A stretch of DNA of 64,000 bases from Escherichia coli (GTDB taxonomy: Bacteria > Pseudomonadota > Gammaproteobacteria > Enterobacterales > Enterobacteriaceae), in assembly GCF_001677475.2 (NCBI RefSeq), contig NZ_CP015229.1; one strand, written 5' to 3'. Shown here piece after piece: positions 36,177 through 45,420 of this stretch (position 1 is its first letter; each line of letters starts with the position of its first letter). The position numbers and the translations under genes are program-made. The notes beneath the pieces were generated by a model, which was not told where the DNA came from, made no database searches, and saw only the letters and a list, made by a program, of their open reading frames with translations.

Positions 36177-37841
36177 ATGTCAGACCTTTCACACAGCAGG
36201 GAAAAGGACAAAATCAATCCGGTGGTGTTTTACACTTCCGCCGGACTGATTTTGTTGTTTTCCCTGACAACGATCCTGTTTCGCGACTTCTCGGCCCTGT
36301 GGATTGGACGCACGCTGGACTGGGTCTCTAAAACCTTCGGTTGGTACTATCTGCTGGCGGCAACGCTCTATATTGTCTTTGTGGTCTGTATCGCTTGTTC
36401 GCGTTTTGGTTCGGTGAAGCTCGGGGCAGAACAATCAAAACCGGAATTCAGTCTGCTGAGTTGGGCGGCGATGCTGTTTGCTGCCGGGATCGGTATCGAC
36501 CTGATGTTCTTCTCCGTAGCCGAACCGGTAACGCAGTATATGCAGCCGCCGGAAGGCGCGGGTCAGACGATTGAGGCCGCGCGTCAGGCGATGGTCTGGA
36601 CGCTGTTTCACTACGGCTTAACCGGCTGGTCGATGTATGCGCTGATGGGCATGGCGCTCGGATACTTTAGCTATCGTTATAATTTGCCGCTCACCATCCG
36701 CTCAGCGCTGTACCCGATCTTCGGTAAACGGATTAACGGGCCGATAGGTCACTCAGTGGATATTGCAGCGGTGATCGGCACTATCTTCGGTATTGCCACT
36801 ACGCTCGGTATCGGTGTGGTGCAGCTTAACTATGGCTTGAGCGTACTGTTTGATATTCCTGATTCAATGACGGCGAAAGCGGCACTGATCGCCTTGTCGG
36901 TGATCATCGCAACGATCTCTGTCACCTCCGGTGTCGATAAGGGCATTCGTGTGTTATCGGAACTCAACGTTGCGCTGGCGCTGGGGCTGATCCTGTTCGT
37001 GCTGTTTATGGGCGACACCTCGTTCCTGCTTAATGCGCTGGTGCTGAACGTTGGCGACTATGTGAATCGCTTTATGGGAATGACGCTCAACAGTTTTGCC
37101 TTCGACCGTCCGGTTGAGTGGATGAATAACTGGACGCTCTTCTTCTGGGCATGGTGGGTGGCATGGTCGCCGTTTGTCGGCCTGTTCCTGGCGCGTATCT
37201 CGCGTGGGCGTACCATTCGCCAGTTCGTGCTGGGCACGTTGATTATTCCGTTTACCTTCACGCTGTTATGGCTCTCGGTGTTCGGCAATAGCGCGCTGTA
37301 TGAAATCATCCACGGCGGCGCGGCATTTGCCGAGGAAGCGATGGTCCATCCGGAGCGCGGCTTCTACAGCCTGCTGGCGCAGTATCCGGCGTTTACCTTT
37401 AGCGCCTCCGTCGCCACCATTACTGGCCTGCTGTTTTATGTGACCTCGGCGGACTCCGGGGCGCTGGTGCTGGGGAATTTCACCTCGCAGCTTAAAGATA
37501 TCAACAGCGACGCCCCCGGCTGGCTGCGCGTCTTCTGGTCGGTGGCGATTGGTCTGCTGACGCTTGGCATGCTGATGACCAACGGGATATCCGCGCTGCA
37601 AAACACCACGGTAATCATGGGGCTGCCGTTCAGCTTTGTGATTTTCTTCGTGATGGCGGGGTTGTATAAATCTCTGAAGGTAGAAGATTACCGCCGTGAA
37701 AGTGCCAACCGTGATACCGCGCCGCGACCGTTGGGGCTTCAGGATCGCCTGAGCTGGAAAAAACGTCTCTCGCGCCTGATGAATTATCCGGGCACGCGTT
37801 ACACTAAACAGCTACCGTGTTTAGTCAAGAAAATTATGTGA
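36177..37841 (+). pseudogene. betT: betT 5' fragment: codons 1-545 of the BCCT choline transporter, then 9 IS-encoded codons and a stop
   Basis: ORF track 554 aa ends ...LMNYPGTRYTKQ/LPCLVKKIM*; the remaining BetT C-terminus (MMETVCYPAMEEV...) is found 1.38 kb downstream in the same frame register. Confidence 0.85.
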
Positions 37842-37995
37842 TGTTTGAACATTCCATCTTCAGGAGAAATTTTCTCTGAGTTTTTATAAAAGAGCAGATG
37901 CTCAGTTAGATACCATGAAAGAAGGTAAAAGATACAAACATGTTGCTTCAGCATTGCTCCGGTGTTATTGCTTACCATGTTGTTTTATAATGATT

Positions 37996-38982
37996 TTATT
38001 GATTGTATTCAGCATCGAATGGTAACTGCGTTTTCAGCACACCATAGCACCAGTGCACAAGTTTTCGCATTAATGCTCCAATAGCACACATCTTTGACTT
38101 TCCCCTCTGGCATAACTTCGTATACATCTGTTTCATTACAGGGTTGAACCTCAGCCCACATAAAGCTGCAAGATAAAGTTTTGTTCTTATCTCTGGTGGT
38201 CCAATTTTAGATAATTTAGGTTTTCCCTTTACAGATGTGCCAGATCTCCTTTCTACCGGAACTACACCAAGGAATGCTGCTGCCTGCTCTGCTGATTCGA
38301 ATGAATGGCTTTTGAGTATCGCCAGCATATTTAATCCCAGCAGATAACCAACAGATTTTATTGATGTTAACAGTCTGAAATCCTGGTTTAGTTCCGGGTG
38401 AGTTTCAATATGTTCCTGGATCAGGACATCAAGATGTTCGATCTCATTGTTCAGCTCCTGAAGCATGTGTTCAATTGATGCCCTGACGGCATCAGGGCTG
38501 TCTGTAAAAACAGATTTTTCAAGTCTGTTTTTTTCTCTGGTGCTATCTGCAACAAGAGCGTCTCTGCGGCGTAAAAGAGCTCTAAGATACCGCACAGATT
38601 CCGGTGGTGGAGTCCATGCCTCAGGCTCTTTAAGGGAGCCATAACAAGCCAGCATCCAGGCATCGACTTTGTCATTCTTGGTCAGGATATTCATCCCTCT
38701 GGCAAATTCCCTTGTACGGTGAGGATTGGCTAAAGAAATTCTGGCGCCAGCAAAGTGAAGGCCATAAGCCAGCGGTTCATGATATACCCCAGTGGCTTCC
38801 ATGATGATATGAACTTCGCCCAGTTCACAGGATTGCTTCTTAAGCCACTCTGTCACGACTTTAGCCGCATCAGCGGTATTTTTTAGCTTACGAGTTTTGA
38901 TCCTCCCTTTGATGCCCTCCCGTAAGAGACATAGATCAAGAGTGTTTTTACTGACATCAATACCTAATTGATACATTGGCAT
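37996..38982 (-). CDS. IS110-family DEDD transposase/recombinase (328 aa from the ATG at 38982; ORF frame extends to 39057)
   Basis: ORF track 353 aa; start placed at MPMYQLGIDVSKNTLDL (typical IS110 N-terminus with the first catalytic Asp in GIDVSK) preceded by AGGAG; C-terminal ...RRSGTSVKGKPKLSKIGPPEIRTKLYLAAL... resembles the IS110 transposase C-terminal domain. Confidence 0.8.
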   Translation of the reverse strand: MPMYQLGIDVSKNTLDLCLLREGIKGRIKTRKLKNTADAAKVVTEWLKKQSCELGEVHIIMEATGVYHEPLAYGLHFAGARISLANPHRTREFARGMNILTKNDKVDAWMLACYGSLKEPEAWTPPPESVRYLRALLRRRDALVADSTREKNRLEKSVFTDSPDAVRASIEHMLQELNNEIEHLDVLIQEHIETHPELNQDFRLLTSIKSVGYLLGLNMLAILKSHSFESAEQAAAFLGVVPVERRSGTSVKGKPKLSKIGPPEIRTKLYLAALCGLRFNPVMKQMYTKLCQRGKSKMCAIGALMRKLVHWCYGVLKTQLPFDAEYNQ

Positions 38983-39188
38983 TTTTTCTCCTTTCACATA
39001 ACCATCACGCCAATTTGTCTTGTTCATGCAGAGTCTTAGCTCTTGGCAACCGTTCAATGTTAATGCTGGCGTGAAAGGTGAAGCAGAGGACTATAGCTGT
39101 TGACGAAGGTTATTACCTTAGATGATGGGGTAGGTTCTCTCCGCTTCATGCGATGGTAGCTAATCATCGCTCGTTGATTACATACAAG
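38983..39188 (-). ncRNA. Candidate bridge/seek-RNA coding region in the recombinase-upstream non-coding end of the IS110-family element
   Basis: About 206-bp non-coding end upstream of the recombinase; contains a 9-nt copy of the target right flank (AGATGATGG at 39120-39128 versus 39187-39195) and GGTAGCT (39155-39161), the reverse complement of the left junction AGCTACC (37810-37816); RNA boundaries and structure not determined. Confidence 0.3.
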
Positions 39189-39587
39189 ATGATGGAGACG
39201 GTCTGTTACCCGGCAATGGAAGAAGTGGCGCAGGAGCTGCGGTTGCGCGGCGCGTACGTGGAGCTAAAAAGCCTGCCGCCGGAAGAGGGACAACAGTTGG
39301 GGCATCTGGATTTGTTGGTGCATATGGGCGAAGAGCAAAACTTTGTCTATCAGATTTGGCCGCAGCAATATTCGGTGCCGGGCTTTACCTACCGCGCACG
39401 TAGCGGTAAATCGACCTACTACCGGCTGGAAACCTTCCTGTTAGAAGGCAGCCAGGGCAACGACCTGATGGACTACAGCAAAGAGCAGGTGATCACCGAT
39501 ATTCTCGACCAGTACGAGCGGCACCTTAACTTTATCCATCTCCATCGTGAAGCGCCGGGCCATAGCGTGATGTTCCCGGACGCGTGA
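39189..39587 (+). pseudogene. betT: betT 3' fragment: codons 546-677, the cytoplasmic C-terminal domain
   Basis: ORF track 39153..39587 translates ...MMETVCYPAMEEVAQELRLRGAYVELKS...HSVMFPDA; the first 12 codons of that ORF are IS-derived. Confidence 0.85.
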
Positions 39588-40159
39588 TTGTTATTGCATA
39601 AAACCGCGCCATGTCTGCATATGGCGCGGGAATCATTGACTCGCTGTAAAAAATTATGCATATATTATATATGATTGTCATGTCATATCCTGCAATTCCT
39701 CTTGTATCACTTCATGATTTTATATTTTATTAATTAACGATTTTATTTTGTATTAGCTGAATGGATTCAGTCCTATAGTGTTATATATTTATTAATAAGA
39801 CGATTCTTATATTTTGATACCTAATAAGAGTTACCGCTTTTATCGGCTGTATATTAAATGTATTCCTCTTGCTTTTGTTTATATTTTGAGTTGATTTGAG
39901 TTCCTGGATACATATAATGCGCAGGTATTAGAGACTGGGAGGAATGTAATGATAAAGTTAAGAGTGTTAACTTAAAATAAGTTTTAAGTAATAACTTGCT
40001 ATTTTATTACCCTCTGAACTACATACTCAGATATGTGGTTGCCAATGCTATGCAAAATTTTTGAATTTTTATATGCGATGAACAGTAACCGGAATGGCAT
40101 TTAATGCGTTGCTGTTTATGCAATCTTAGTTTTATTTGGATGTATTGCTGGAGATTGTG

Positions 40160-43100
40160 ATGAATAAAATATATCGGCTAAAGTGGAACAGGTCCCGTAA
40201 CTGTTGGAGCGTCTGCTCTGAGCTGGGGAGCAGAGTAAAAGGAAAAAAGTCCCGGGCTGTTTTAATTAGCGCGATAAGTTTATATTCATCTCTGGTATTC
40301 GCCGATGATGTCATCGTAAACCAGGATAAAACTATTGATTTTGGCAAAGAGAACCAGAGCATCGATTACCGTATTACGGTGACTGACAATGCCAATCTGG
40401 TAATCAATGCGACAGATACTTCCCGTCCGCGTCTGACTCTCGCTTCTGGTGGTGGGTTGGATATTACCGGAGGAAAGGTAACAATCAATGGCCCACTTAA
40501 CTTTTTGCTGAAAGGTACGGGGTTCCTGAATGTCTCCAATGCTGGCAGCGAGTTATATGCTGATGATTTGTATGAGTCAAACTCAGGCATGAGACATGAT
40601 CGCGGCTATTTTAACGTCTCCAACGGCGGTAAAATCCATGTTAAGGGCACCAGCCGTCTGACCTATTTGCAGGGAAATGTCAGTGGTGAAGGCAGCCAGG
40701 TAAATTCTAAAACCTTCTTTATGGGCGTTTACGGCAGTTACGGTGGTAATCAGTACCTGTCAGTTAATAACGGCGGTGAAGTTAATGCCAGTGAGAAAAT
40801 TAGCCTGGGCTATTATGATCAAGTCTCCGATACAACACTTGCTGTTTCGGAAGGTGGTAAAATTTCTGCGCCGACTATTAGTTTAAGCACCAACTCTGAG
40901 TTAGCGTTAGGTGCACAGGAAGGAAGCGCTGCGAAGGCGGCAGGGATTATTGATGCCGAAAAAATTGAGTTTGTGTGGGCAAAGACATCCGATAAGAAAA
41001 TCACCTTAAACCACACGGATAAAAACGCGACTATTTCCGCGGATATTGTCAGTGGCAGCGAGGGCCTGGGCTATATCAATGCGCTCAATGGCACGACTTA
41101 CTTAACCGGGGATAACTCCGCCTTTAGCGGTAAAGTCAAAATTGAGCAAAATGGCGCTTTAGGGATCACCCAAAATATAGGTACAGCAGAGATCACCAAC
41201 CGCGGGAAATTACACCTGAAGGCTGAGGATAGCATGACCTTTGCCAATAAGATCTCCGGCAACGGTACAATAAGTATCGACAGTGGGACGGTGGAGTTGA
41301 CCGGCAATAACTATGCATTCTACGGATATATTGATGTTGCTTCCGATGCTGTAGCTGTTATTTCTGAAGACAAGAACATCGGCCGTGCAGAACTGGATGT
41401 TGATGGCAAACTGCAAATCAATGCCAATAAAGATTGGGTATTTGATAACGATCTTGAAGGTAGAGGCATTGTTGAAATAAACATGGGGAATCACGAATTC
41501 TCCTTCGATGAGTTTGCTTATACAGACTGGTTCCAGGGTTCACTGGCGTTCCAGAACACGACATTTAACCTGGAAAAGAATGCTGAGTTTCTTCAGAGAG
41601 GCGGGATCACTGCGGGTCAGGGAAGTCAGGTAACAGTAGGTAAGGGCGCTCATTCTATTAGCTCTCTGGGATTCTCCGGCGGAACCGTTGATTTTGGTGC
41701 CCTTGCAGCTGGTGCACAGATGACAGAAGGGACAGTCAACATTAGTAAAACGCTGGATTTGCGCGGCGAGGGTGTGATTCAGGTTTCTGACAGTGACGTT
41801 GTCCGCTCAGTATCTCGTGATATTGACTCTGCGTTATCGCTCACTGAAGTCGATGATGGTAACAGCACCATTAAGTTGGTTGATGCGCAAGGTGCGGAAG
41901 TTCTGGGCGATGCGGGCAATCTGCAATTGCAGGATAAAAATGGGCAAATCCTCTCCAGCAGCGCCCAACGTGATATTCAGCAGAATGGGCAAAAAGCGGC
42001 CGTCGGCACTTACGACTATCGTCTGACGAGTGGGGTAAACAATGACGGTCTGTATATCGGTTACGGCCTGACCCAGCTTGATTTACACGCTACCGACAGT
42101 GATGCCCTGGTGCTGAGCTCTAACGGTAAAAGCGAGAATGCCGCCGATCTCAGCGCAAAGATTACCGGCAGTGGTGACCTGGCATTCAGCAGCCAGAAGG
42201 GTCAGACCGTATCGCTTTCTAACAAAGACAACGACTATACCGGTGTTACCGATCTGCGCAGTGGGACGCTTTTGTTGAATAACGATAACGTGTTGGGTCA
42301 TACCCATGAACTGCGTCTGGCGGCAGAGACTGAACTGGATATGAATGGTTACAGCCAGATCGTGGGCACGCTCAATGGCAGCGCCGATTCACTGCTGAGC
42401 TTGAACGGCGGCAGTCTGACGGTTACCAACGGGGGCACTTCAACCGGTTCGTTAACGGGGAGCGGAGAGCTGAATATTCAGGGCGGCACGCTGGACATCG
42501 CGGGCGATAACAGCAACCTGACGGCGAATGTGAACATTGCTAATTCGGCTAATGTCCTGGTAAGTCATGCGCAGGGATTGGGTAGCGCAAACGTTGAGAA
42601 CAACGGTACCCTGGCGTTGAATAATAGCGCTGAAAAAAGAGCGGCTGCGTCTGTGAATTACACCCTGGGCGGCAATCTGACCAACAACGGTACGCTGATG
42701 ACCGGAATGTCAGGACAGCAAGCTGGCAATGTGTTAGTGGTGAAGGGGAACTACCACGGTAATAACGGTCAACTAGTAATGAATACGGTACTGAATGGCG
42801 ATGACTCAGTAACCGATAAATTGGTTGTCGAGGGCGATACTAGCGGCACGACTGCCGTTACGGTGAATAACGCTGGCGGTACAGGTGCGAAAACCCTTAA
42901 CGGTATCGAACTTATCCATGTAGATGGTAAGTCTGAGGGCGAATTTGTTCAGGCTGGGCGTATCGTTGCGGGGGCGTATGACTACACTCTCGCGCGTGGA
43001 CAAGGGGCAAATAGTGGTAACTGGTATCTGACCAGCGGCAGTGATTCTCCTGAACTGCAGCCGGAGCCAGACCCGATGCCGAATCCGGAGCCAAACCCGA

Positions 43101-44149
43101 CACCGAATCCGACACCAGAGCCGACGCCAGAGCCAACGCCTGTTCCTGACCAGACTCTGGATAATGACCTGCGCCCGGAGGCTGGTGGTTACATCGCGAA
43201 CCTTGCGGCAGCCAACACAATGTTAACCTCCCGACTGCATGAACGTCTGGGGAGCACATACTATACCGATCTGGTCACGGGTGAGCAGAAACAAACCACC
43301 ATGTGGATGCGTCATGAAGGGGGTCACAACAAATGGCGTGATGCAAGTGGCCAGTTGAAAACCCAAAGCAATCGCTATGTTCTGCAACTGGGGGGCGATA
43401 TCGCGCAGTGGAGTATAAGTGGCAACGACCGCTGGCATCTGGGGGTCATGGCTGGTTACGGTAACAGTGACAGCAAGACTATCTCATCGCGCACCGGTTA
43501 TCGAACTAAAGCAAGCGTGAATGGTTACAGCACGGGGTTATATGCGACCTGGTATGCGGATGATGAGTCACATAACGGGGCGTATCTCGACAGTTGGGCG
43601 CAGTACAGCTGGTTTGATAACACAGTGAAAGGGGATGACTTACAAAGTGAATCCTATAAATCAAAAGGATTTACCGCTTCACTGGAAGCTGGATACAAAC
43701 ACAAATTAGCTGAATTTAATGGCAGCCAGGGAACGCGTAATGAATGGTATGTTCAGCCGCAAGCACAGGTTACCTGGATGGGAGTCAAAGCCGATAAGCA
43801 CCGCGAAAGCAACGGAACCCTCGTTCATAGCAACGGTGATGGCAATGTTCAAACCCGACTTGGCGTAAAAACCTGGCTGAATAGCCACCATAAAATGGAT
43901 GACGGTAAATCCCGCGAGTTCCAGCCGTTTGTAGAAGTGAACTGGCTACATAACAGTAAGGATTTCAGCATCAGTATGGATGGCGTGTCCGTCACTCAGG
44001 ATGGAGCCCGAAATATTGCTGAGATAAAAACCGGGGTGGAAGGACAGCTAAATGCCAACCTGAATGTCTGGGGGAATGTGGGCGTTCAGGTTGCCGATAG
44101 GGGATATAATGACACCTCTGCAATGGTTGGCATTAAGTGGCAATTCTGA
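40160..44149 (+). CDS. ehaA: AIDA-I/EhaA-type classical autotransporter adhesin (about 1329 aa)
   Basis: ORF track frame 40136..44149; extended signal peptide MNKIYRLKWNRSRNCWSVCSELGSRV; long passenger; Pro-rich linker PEPDPMPNPEPNPTPNPTPEPTPEPTPVP; C-terminal beta-barrel ending ...VGIKWQF; position between betT and pdeL matches the recalled ehaA locus of O157-type strains. Confidence 0.75.
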   Translation: MNKIYRLKWNRSRNCWSVCSELGSRVKGKKSRAVLISAISLYSSLVFADDVIVNQDKTIDFGKENQSIDYRITVTDNANLVINATDTSRPRLTLASGGGLDITGGKVTINGPLNFLLKGTGFLNVSNAGSELYADDLYESNSGMRHDRGYFNVSNGGKIHVKGTSRLTYLQGNVSGEGSQVNSKTFFMGVYGSYGGNQYLSVNNGGEVNASEKISLGYYDQVSDTTLAVSEGGKISAPTISLSTNSELALGAQEGSAAKAAGIIDAEKIEFVWAKTSDKKITLNHTDKNATISADIVSGSEGLGYINALNGTTYLTGDNSAFSGKVKIEQNGALGITQNIGTAEITNRGKLHLKAEDSMTFANKISGNGTISIDSGTVELTGNNYAFYGYIDVASDAVAVISEDKNIGRAELDVDGKLQINANKDWVFDNDLEGRGIVEINMGNHEFSFDEFAYTDWFQGSLAFQNTTFNLEKNAEFLQRGGITAGQGSQVTVGKGAHSISSLGFSGGTVDFGALAAGAQMTEGTVNISKTLDLRGEGVIQVSDSDVVRSVSRDIDSALSLTEVDDGNSTIKLVDAQGAEVLGDAGNLQLQDKNGQILSSSAQRDIQQNGQKAAVGTYDYRLTSGVNNDGLYIGYGLTQLDLHATDSDALVLSSNGKSENAADLSAKITGSGDLAFSSQKGQTVSLSNKDNDYTGVTDLRSGTLLLNNDNVLGHTHELRLAAETELDMNGYSQIVGTLNGSADSLLSLNGGSLTVTNGGTSTGSLTGSGELNIQGGTLDIAGDNSNLTANVNIANSANVLVSHAQGLGSANVENNGTLALNNSAEKRAAASVNYTLGGNLTNNGTLMTGMSGQQAGNVLVVKGNYHGNNGQLVMNTVLNGDDSVTDKLVVEGDTSGTTAVTVNNAGGTGAKTLNGIELIHVDGKSEGEFVQAGRIVAGAYDYTLARGQGANSGNWYLTSGSDSPELQPEPDPMPNPEPNPTPNPTPEPTPEPTPVPDQTLDNDLRPEAGGYIANLAAANTMLTSRLHERLGSTYYTDLVTGEQKQTTMWMRHEGGHNKWRDASGQLKTQSNRYVLQLGGDIAQWSISGNDRWHLGVMAGYGNSDSKTISSRTGYRTKASVNGYSTGLYATWYADDESHNGAYLDSWAQYSWFDNTVKGDDLQSESYKSKGFTASLEAGYKHKLAEFNGSQGTRNEWYVQPQAQVTWMGVKADKHRESNGTLVHSNGDGNVQTRLGVKTWLNSHHKMDDGKSREFQPFVEVNWLHNSKDFSISMDGVSVTQDGARNIAEIKTGVEGQLNANLNVWGNVGVQVADRGYNDTSAMVGIKWQF

Positions 44150-44281
44150 TCTGAATAATGAGTAAAAGGAGAGAGAGCCGAACGGGAGATAATTCGGCTC
44201 TCTGTGTCATTTTCTTGCAGCCAGCTTTATCAGTCAGAGTGAAGACTCGCAGATTTAGCTGGCGCACAAGATTTAATCAAG

Positions 44282-45379
44282 GTGTGTTCAATGGCTTCGC
44301 ATGATTTGAGTGTTTTTTTGGAAGAGTTCGGGGCAACGGTGAATTTGACGTTGCCTGGTATCGTGTCCGAAAAAGAACGGCTTTTACTCAAGCTGCTAAT
44401 GGAGGGAATGTCGGTTACAGAAATCTCACAGTACAGAAATCGCAGTGCAAAGACAATTTCACATCAAAAGAAGCAGCTGTATGAAAAACTAGGCATCCAG
44501 AGTGATATTACCTTCTGGCGGGATATCTTTTTTCAATATCATCCGCAAATCAGCAGTGGCACGGGAAATAAAAATAATTTTTATATCCCTGATAACCGTT
44601 GTCACCATATAGTCACGCCTGAAGCCATCAGTCTGGCGTTGGAAAACCACGAATTCAAACCGTGGATCCAACCGGTTTTCTGCGCGCAGACTGGGGTACT
44701 GACGGGCTGTGAGGTGCTTGTCCGCTGGGAACATCCACAAACGGGAATTATCCCACCGGATCAGTTTATTCCTCTGGCGGAGTCATCTGGTCTTATCGTC
44801 ATAATGACTCGCCAGTTGATGAAACAGACTGCGGATATTCTGATGCCGGTAAAACATTTGCTGCCGGACAATTTCCATATTGGCATCAACGTCTCGGCGG
44901 GTTGTTTTTTGGCTGCGGGATTTGAAAAAGAGTGTCTGAACCTGGTTAAGAAATTAGGTAACGATAAAATCAAACTGGTTCTCGAGCTAACGGAACGTAA
45001 CCCTATTCCGGTAACGCCAGAAGCCAGAGCGATATTTGACAGCCTTCATCAGCACAACATTACCTTTGCGCTGGATGACTTTGGTACGGGTTATGCGACC
45101 TATCGTTACTTGCAGGCGTTTCCGGTCGATTTTATTAAGATCGATAAGTCATTTGTGCAAATGGCGAGCGTGGACGAAATATCCGGTCATATTGTGGACA
45201 ATATTGTCGAACTGGCGCGTAAGCCTGGTCTGAGTATCGTGGCGGAAGGGGTAGAAACCCAGGAGCAGGCGGATTTAATGATCGGCAAAGGCGTTCACTT
45301 TTTGCAGGGCTATTTGTACTCTCCGCCAGTACCGGGTAATAAATTTATCTCTGAATGGGTAATGAAAGCAGGTGGTTGA
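44282..45379 (+). CDS. pdeL: c-di-GMP phosphodiesterase PdeL (LuxR-type HTH + EAL domain)
   Basis: ORF track 365 aa; HTH ...ERLLLKLLMEGMSVTEISQYRNRSAKTISHQKKQLYEKLG and EAL-domain region ...LVLELTERNPIP... Confidence 0.85.
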   Translation: MCSMASHDLSVFLEEFGATVNLTLPGIVSEKERLLLKLLMEGMSVTEISQYRNRSAKTISHQKKQLYEKLGIQSDITFWRDIFFQYHPQISSGTGNKNNFYIPDNRCHHIVTPEAISLALENHEFKPWIQPVFCAQTGVLTGCEVLVRWEHPQTGIIPPDQFIPLAESSGLIVIMTRQLMKQTADILMPVKHLLPDNFHIGINVSAGCFLAAGFEKECLNLVKKLGNDKIKLVLELTERNPIPVTPEARAIFDSLHQHNITFALDDFGTGYATYRYLQAFPVDFIKIDKSFVQMASVDEISGHIVDNIVELARKPGLSIVAEGVETQEQADLMIGKGVHFLQGYLYSPPVPGNKFISEWVMKAGG

Positions 45380-45420
45380 TGTAAACCGCTATTCACAGCG
45401 CATCGGGAGGTTGGCAGCGA

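Larger units (their letters stand above)
37812..39188 (-). mobile_element. IS110-family insertion sequence (about 1377 bp) inserted in betT
   Basis: Precisely bounded by the two halves of betT (545 + 132 codons = 677, the recalled full BetT length); contains a DEDD-type recombinase gene with about 206 bp (recombinase-upstream) and 184 bp (downstream) non-coding ends; no terminal inverted repeats; AG present on both sides of the junctions. Confidence 0.8.

Noticed and set aside
36177-37841. 554-aa ORF read as an intact shorter BetT
   Set aside because: The last 9 codons are IS-derived and the authentic C-terminal 132 codons lie 1.38 kb downstream, so this is a disrupted gene, not a short allele.
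39605-39630. 9-bp-stem hairpin CCGCGCCAT/ATGGCGCGG after the betT 3' fragment
   Set aside because: Not called as a terminator: there is no U-tract on the betT (plus) strand, and the T-run is on the opposite strand where there is no upstream gene.
43060-43150. Short tandem nucleotide repeats (CCGACACCGAATCCGACACCAGAGCCGACGCCAGAGCCAACGCC)
   Set aside because: Considered as a CRISPR-like or VNTR array; they are in frame within the autotransporter and encode the Pro-rich PEPT linker, with no spacer/repeat architecture.
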